Shown in pieces: positions 48,903-53,357 of a DNA stretch of 53,357 nucleotides. The notes under the pieces are model-generated. The model was not told the DNA's origin and did not search any database. It saw nothing but the letters and a program-made list of their open reading frames with translations. The stretch is taken from assembly GCA_040081625.1 (NCBI GenBank), contig JBEBGD010000029.1, positions 1-53,357 of the forward strand, read 5' to 3'. Position 1 is the first letter of the stretch. The number at the start of each line of letters is the position of its first letter. Made by a program: the position numbers and the translations under genes. The DNA comes from Chthoniobacteraceae bacterium. GTDB lineage: Bacteria; Verrucomicrobiota; Verrucomicrobiia; Chthoniobacterales; Chthoniobacteraceae.

Positions 48903-51107
48903 GTGATGCTCGAACGCTGGGTTTCATTTCTCGTGCGGGGACGGTGGCCGCTCGCGATCATTTGGATCGCTGCCGTCGTCGGGGCGCTGTGGCTGATTCC
49001 CCAGCTCGCGTTCAGTTTCAATCTGGGTCGAATGCTGCGCGGCGACGAGGACCGCGTCTCGGAAGTGAAGAATTTTTACTCCACTTTCCCGCCATCCGAC
49101 GGGCACGTCATGCTCAGCGCCTCCGCGGATCGCATTCTGACGATCGACGATCTGCGCGCGGCCGAGGCGTGGGCGGAAAAGATCCGGGCACTGTCCGAGG
49201 TGAAGACGGTGATTTCGCCCAAACTGCTCCTCGATTTGAAGCTCGACGGATTCACGCTCGACGAATGGGCGCGGCTCGGCGGCACCGGCAACGAACCGCT
49301 CATGCTCGGCGACGGGCCGGGCATGGAGACCTTCAAGGGCAACCTCGTTTCGCGCGACCTGAAATCGGTGGCGCTCTACGTCATCAAGGCGAAAGGTGCC
49401 AAGCTTCGGGCGCTGCACGACGCGGTGGACCGCACGCTCGATCCGCCGTGGCCGGGCGCGAAAATCCGGGTCGTCGGCACCGAATATTTGCTCCAGCAGA
49501 TGGGCGATTTACTGCGCTCGAATTTCCGTTCGCTGATCCTGTTCGAGATGGTGGCGCTGCTGCTGGTCATCCCGTTTTTCATGCGGACGCTGCGGCGCGC
49601 CTATCTGCCGGTGCTGGTCTCGGCGTCGGCGCTGGCATTCTATCTCGCGATCTTCATCCTCGCCGACCAGCGGTTCGAGGTCATGCACCTGGCGGGACCG
49701 GGGTTGATTTTGATCATCGGCCTCGCGGACGCGATCCATCTTCAGCAGAAATTTGACGACGCGCGCGCGGACGGACTGGGGATTCGCGATTCGCTTCGGG
49801 AGATGTTTCGCAGCGTGGGAAAGGCCTGCGCGCTCACTTCGCTCACCACCGCCTGCGGGTTCGCGAGCCTGCTCGTGGTGCGGCACGAGGAGATATTCGA
49901 CTTCGGCCTTTGGTGCGCGATCGGGGTCGTGGTTGCCTACGTGACCGTCATCGTTTTTCTGCCGGTGGCGCTGGTGTTTTTTCCGGGAAAAGGCGCGCCC
50001 ACCTCGCTGCGGTCGCTGCTCGATACGCGCCTGCTGCGCCGCTTCGCCGCGCCGGTCACGGTCCTGTTCGTGATCCTCTCGGCGGGCGTGGTGCGGACGA
50101 AGATGGATTCGTCCCTCGACCGCGAACTGCCGGAATCGCTCGAGGTCGTGCGCAACGGCTACTGGTTCGCCGAGCACTTCCGCGGCCTGGACCGCATCGA
50201 GGTCGATCTGCGCGCGAACCTCCGCGATCCGGAAATCTTTGCGCTGGTCGAGCGGATGCAAAACGAGCTGCGCACTTTTCGCGGCATCTCGGGTTCGCGC
50301 TCTTACGTGGATGCCGTGCGGATGACGCTCGCGCCGGAAGTGGTGGAGACCGGCGACGGACCCATGCTGGGCGTGCAGGCGCTGAGCACCGGCGGCGCCT
50401 TTCCCGAGAATCTGCTCAACCGCAAACTCGACCGCGCCTGCATCGTTTTCTACCGGATGCGCGGTTTCGGCACGGATGCGTATGAAACGTTCCGCGCGCG
50501 AGTCCTTGAATACGCTGCCCAGCTCCCGAAGGACGCCACGATGAAGCTCAACGGGGCATTCCCGATGTTTTACGAAAGCACCACGCTCATTTCGAAAACG
50601 ATGATGACCAGCCTCGCGTGTTCGCTGGCCATGATCACGGCCATCCTCGTCGTCGTGCTGCGCTCGGCCAAACTCGCGCTGCTTTGTCTCGTGCCGAACG
50701 CCGTGCCGCTGCTCGTCGTGGCCGGAATCAGCGGCTGGATCGGCGCCTCGCTCCACCTCGGCATTCTCATCGTTTTCTCCGTCGGCCTCGGTCTCGCGGT
50801 CGATGACACCATTCACCTCATGGTGCGCTTCAAGCAGTTGCAGAAAGAAAAACCCGACGGCGACCTGCGCACGCTGATGGACGAGGCCATCGTCTCGACC
50901 GGCTTCGCCATCGTGCTCACGTCCGTCGTGCTGCTCATCTCGGCGCTTTGCTTTCTGGGATCGAGTTTCACCACGATGCGCTGGACGGGCGTGACGCTGG
51001 GCATCGTTGCAATCACGGCGCTGCTCGCCGATCTCATGGTGCTGCCGTGGTTGATCGAAAAATTTCACCGCACCCCGCCCGCCAAAGCTCTCCCGAGCCC
51101 GACATGA
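48903..51107 (+). CDS. MMPL-type RND transporter
   Basis: Two repeats of TM, periplasmic loop, 5 TM; 'IIGLADAIHL' and 'GLGLAVDDTIH'; 734 aa. Confidence 0.88.
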   Translation: MMLERWVSFLVRGRWPLAIIWIAAVVGALWLIPQLAFSFNLGRMLRGDEDRVSEVKNFYSTFPPSDGHVMLSASADRILTIDDLRAAEAWAEKIRALSEVKTVISPKLLLDLKLDGFTLDEWARLGGTGNEPLMLGDGPGMETFKGNLVSRDLKSVALYVIKAKGAKLRALHDAVDRTLDPPWPGAKIRVVGTEYLLQQMGDLLRSNFRSLILFEMVALLLVIPFFMRTLRRAYLPVLVSASALAFYLAIFILADQRFEVMHLAGPGLILIIGLADAIHLQQKFDDARADGLGIRDSLREMFRSVGKACALTSLTTACGFASLLVVRHEEIFDFGLWCAIGVVVAYVTVIVFLPVALVFFPGKGAPTSLRSLLDTRLLRRFAAPVTVLFVILSAGVVRTKMDSSLDRELPESLEVVRNGYWFAEHFRGLDRIEVDLRANLRDPEIFALVERMQNELRTFRGISGSRSYVDAVRMTLAPEVVETGDGPMLGVQALSTGGAFPENLLNRKLDRACIVFYRMRGFGTDAYETFRARVLEYAAQLPKDATMKLNGAFPMFYESTTLISKTMMTSLACSLAMITAILVVVLRSAKLALLCLVPNAVPLLVVAGISGWIGASLHLGILIVFSVGLGLAVDDTIHLMVRFKQLQKEKPDGDLRTLMDEAIVSTGFAIVLTSVVLLISALCFLGSSFTTMRWTGVTLGIVAITALLADLMVLPWLIEKFHRTPPAKALPSPT

Positions 51108-52558
51108 AAAAGCTTTTCGCCCTCGCCGCAGTCCCCGCCCTGCTCCTCCCCGCTCGCGGCGAGGAAATCACCTACTCCCGCGAAGTCGCACCGCTGCTCC
51201 AGGAGAGCTGCGTCGGCTGTCATCGCGAGGGCGGAGGCGCGCCGTTCGGATTGACGGACTACGCGGCGGTGAGCCGGAAGGCGAAGACCATTCTCCGCGT
51301 GATCGAAAAGCGGGACATGCCGCCGTGGCACGCGGTCGGCGGGGATGTCCCGCTGGCCGGTGATCGCCGGCTGCGCGAAGCGGAAATCGCGCTGCTTCGC
51401 AAGTGGGTCGAGGCGGCTCTTCCCGAAGGCGACCCGCAGCATCTCCCCGCGCCGCGCCAATACCCGAAAGGCTGGCGAATTGGCGAACCCGACCTCATTC
51501 TCACCATGGATCAGGCCTACGCGCTGCCCGCCGACGGGCCCGACATTTATCGCAACTTCGTCCTTCCGACGGGTCTGCGCGAAGGCCGGTATTTGAAGGC
51601 GGTCGAGTTCCGTCCCTCGCGCCCCGAGGTCGTGCATCACGCACTTTTCTACGTGGATACCAAAGGCCGCGCGCGGGAGATCGACGCCGCCGATCCCGAG
51701 CCCGGCTTCACCGAGATGCCGGTCGGCGAAGGCACGGGACACAGCATCGGCGGCTGGGTTCCCGGAGCGAGTCCGCGGCCGTTGCCCGAGGGGCTCGCGC
51801 ACCATCTGCCCGCCGGGAGCGACATCGTCATCCAGACCCACTTTCATCTCAGCGGAAAGCCCGAGCAGGAGCGCTCGCAGATCGGGTTCTACTTCACCGA
51901 CCGGGCGCCCGTGCGGTCATTTACCAGCATCCAGTTGCCGCCCTTGTTCGGCGCCTTCTCCGGCATCGATCTCGCGCCCGGCGCGGAGGAGACGGTGGTC
52001 ACGGATTCCTTCGAGTTGCCCGTCGCGGTGCGGGCCTTCGGCGCGCATCCGCATTCGCACTACCGCGGACGATCGCTCTCGATGACCGCGCATCTGCCCG
52101 GCGGCAAGTCGCTCGTGCTGCTCAACATCCCCGATTGGGACATGGATTGGCAGGAGGAATATCGCTTCGCCCACGAGGTATCGCTGCCCGCCGGCACGCG
52201 GCTCGAAGCCCGCGTGGTGTGGGACAATTCCGCCAAGTCTTCGGACAATCCCGTGGTCCCGCCGGTGCGTGTCCGCTGGGGTTTCGAGTCGTTCGATGAG
52301 ATGGGCAGCATCGATCTGTTTGTGATTCCCGAGGGCGATGGGAAGCAGGCCGCCGCCGGGATGAAAAAGCTGCGCGCCGCCGAGCGCGAGCATCTCGTCT
52401 GGACCGCAGGCAGCCACATTGTGCGGCCGGACAAGCTGACTCTTTTCGGAGAACTTCGCGAAAAGGCGATCACGCGTTTCGACGCAAACGGTGACGGTAT
52501 GCTGGATCGCGACGAGCGCGAACAAGCCCGGGCCAGCCTGCGGCAGGTCGCTCCGTGA
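51104..52558 (+). CDS. Exported haem c + PHM/DBM-like copper type II monooxygenase with a C-terminal EF-hand
   Basis: Signal from ATG 51104; CVGCH and 'DMPPW'; VVHHA, IQTHF, HPHSH, DEM; EF-hand DANGDGMLDRDE. Confidence 0.85.
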   Translation: MKKLFALAAVPALLLPARGEEITYSREVAPLLQESCVGCHREGGGAPFGLTDYAAVSRKAKTILRVIEKRDMPPWHAVGGDVPLAGDRRLREAEIALLRKWVEAALPEGDPQHLPAPRQYPKGWRIGEPDLILTMDQAYALPADGPDIYRNFVLPTGLREGRYLKAVEFRPSRPEVVHHALFYVDTKGRAREIDAADPEPGFTEMPVGEGTGHSIGGWVPGASPRPLPEGLAHHLPAGSDIVIQTHFHLSGKPEQERSQIGFYFTDRAPVRSFTSIQLPPLFGAFSGIDLAPGAEETVVTDSFELPVAVRAFGAHPHSHYRGRSLSMTAHLPGGKSLVLLNIPDWDMDWQEEYRFAHEVSLPAGTRLEARVVWDNSAKSSDNPVVPPVRVRWGFESFDEMGSIDLFVIPEGDGKQAAAGMKKLRAAEREHLVWTAGSHIVRPDKLTLFGELREKAITRFDANGDGMLDRDEREQARASLRQVAP

Positions 52559-52573
52559 AGATCGCGCTGGCGC

Positions 52574-53242
52574 CTACCGGAGCCGGGGGATCAGGCAGCC
52601 GATCGCCGGCGTCTCGGGACTTTTGACGGGGCGGCCTTCCAGCACCGCGGCGATGGCGTCGCGCAGATCGCGCATGGTCGCGGCCATGCGCCGGTCGCCG
52701 TAGCCGGTGACTTGGTCGTCGATCCTGCCGCGGTAGCGGATGCGCCCGGCGTGATCGATGACCACAGCCTCGGGCGTGACTTTCGCCCCGGTGGCGGCCA
52801 CGAGGCGATGCGTCCGATCGATGACGACCGGCGCTTTCAGCGCGTATTCGCGCGCATGATCGCCGGCCGCTTTTTCCGTCAGACCGGAATCGACATGCAC
52901 GAGCGTCATCCGCAGACCTTTGCCCTCGAAGTCCGCGCGGATTCTTTCGATCTCCGGCGCGTAGCGATTTGCGATCGGGCAATCGGTCGTGACGAACAGC
53001 AACACGGCCACCCGCCCCGCCGAACCTTCGCAGAAAAACGGACGAACCTCGTCTCCGCCGATGGCCCGAATCCGAACTTCGGGATCGACCGCAACCGGCC
53101 GCGCGGAAGTCTCCGCCGGTTCTTTGCAGTCGGCCTGCGCGGATGCCGACAGCACCGATGCCAGCGCCCAGAGCACCGTCATTCCGATGCGGTGAAGGCG
53201 CATCGAACTGATTGGAAGTCGGGGAACGTGGATGAAAGTCAT
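52574..53242 (-). CDS. Redoxin (AhpC/TSA, thioredoxin-fold) domain protein, probably exported; start uncertain (53242, 53203 or 53182)
   Basis: 'VLLFVTTDCPIANRY', 'TPEAVVID..G.IRYRGRIDD', C-terminal 'AIGCLI'. Confidence 0.85.
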   Translation of the reverse strand: MTFIHVPRLPISSMRLHRIGMTVLWALASVLSASAQADCKEPAETSARPVAVDPEVRIRAIGGDEVRPFFCEGSAGRVAVLLFVTTDCPIANRYAPEIERIRADFEGKGLRMTLVHVDSGLTEKAAGDHAREYALKAPVVIDRTHRLVAATGAKVTPEAVVIDHAGRIRYRGRIDDQVTGYGDRRMAATMRDLRDAIAAVLEGRPVKSPETPAIGCLIPRLR

Positions 53243-53357
53243 TGGGCTGCGAGTGTGGCTTCGTTCATTTAACCGAACCGGCGGTAACGGCAAAGTTGAG
53301 TGGAGCCGAATCATCACCCGCGTGTGGATTATTGTCGGGTGACAGCGCCTGCGATTC

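Overview
A 53 kb high-GC bacterial window. Gene content (Planctomycete-type cytochrome c domains, several sulfatases, PQQ-like propellers, an 'SPQ/FFRG' Ser/Thr kinase subfamily) suggests a PVC-superphylum organism, probably Verrucomicrobia (inference). Left to right: an RND efflux pair; a TPR/Pro-rich membrane kinase; an ankyrin-L,D-transpeptidase; ilvC, glnS and an RRM protein; a pyrimidine-catabolism cluster (mmsA, dihydropyrimidinase, NCS1 permease, AGXT2/PYD4-like aminotransferase) interleaved with prpBCD, an Ada/Ogt-like gene, a RelE/ParE toxin-antitoxin pair and a second kinase with an internal deletion; a serine hydrolase, GH15, an MBOAT+SGNH pair, a yjbQ/MoxR operon, a cytochrome c-DUF2231 protein, an SPFH pair and trmB. 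The last ~17 kb is accessory: two PQQ-like propellers (one with an embedded SAM-methyltransferase-like domain), an internally deleted sulfatase copy, an esterase, three Cys-type sulfatases, a CYP236-like P450, AraC, an MMPL transporter, a haem c-PHM/DBM-type copper monooxygenase fusion and a redoxin. No rRNA, tRNA, CRISPR array or transposase was seen. Best leads: (1) the MMPL + haem c/Cu-monooxygenase + redoxin module; (2) a CYP236-like sugar O-demethylase among sulfatases; (3) thymine catabolism physically linked to the methylcitrate cycle; (4) two long intergenic palindromes with 8-9 nt periodicity; (5) apparently widespread leaderless promoters. All family calls come from motif recognition by eye; no database searches were run.
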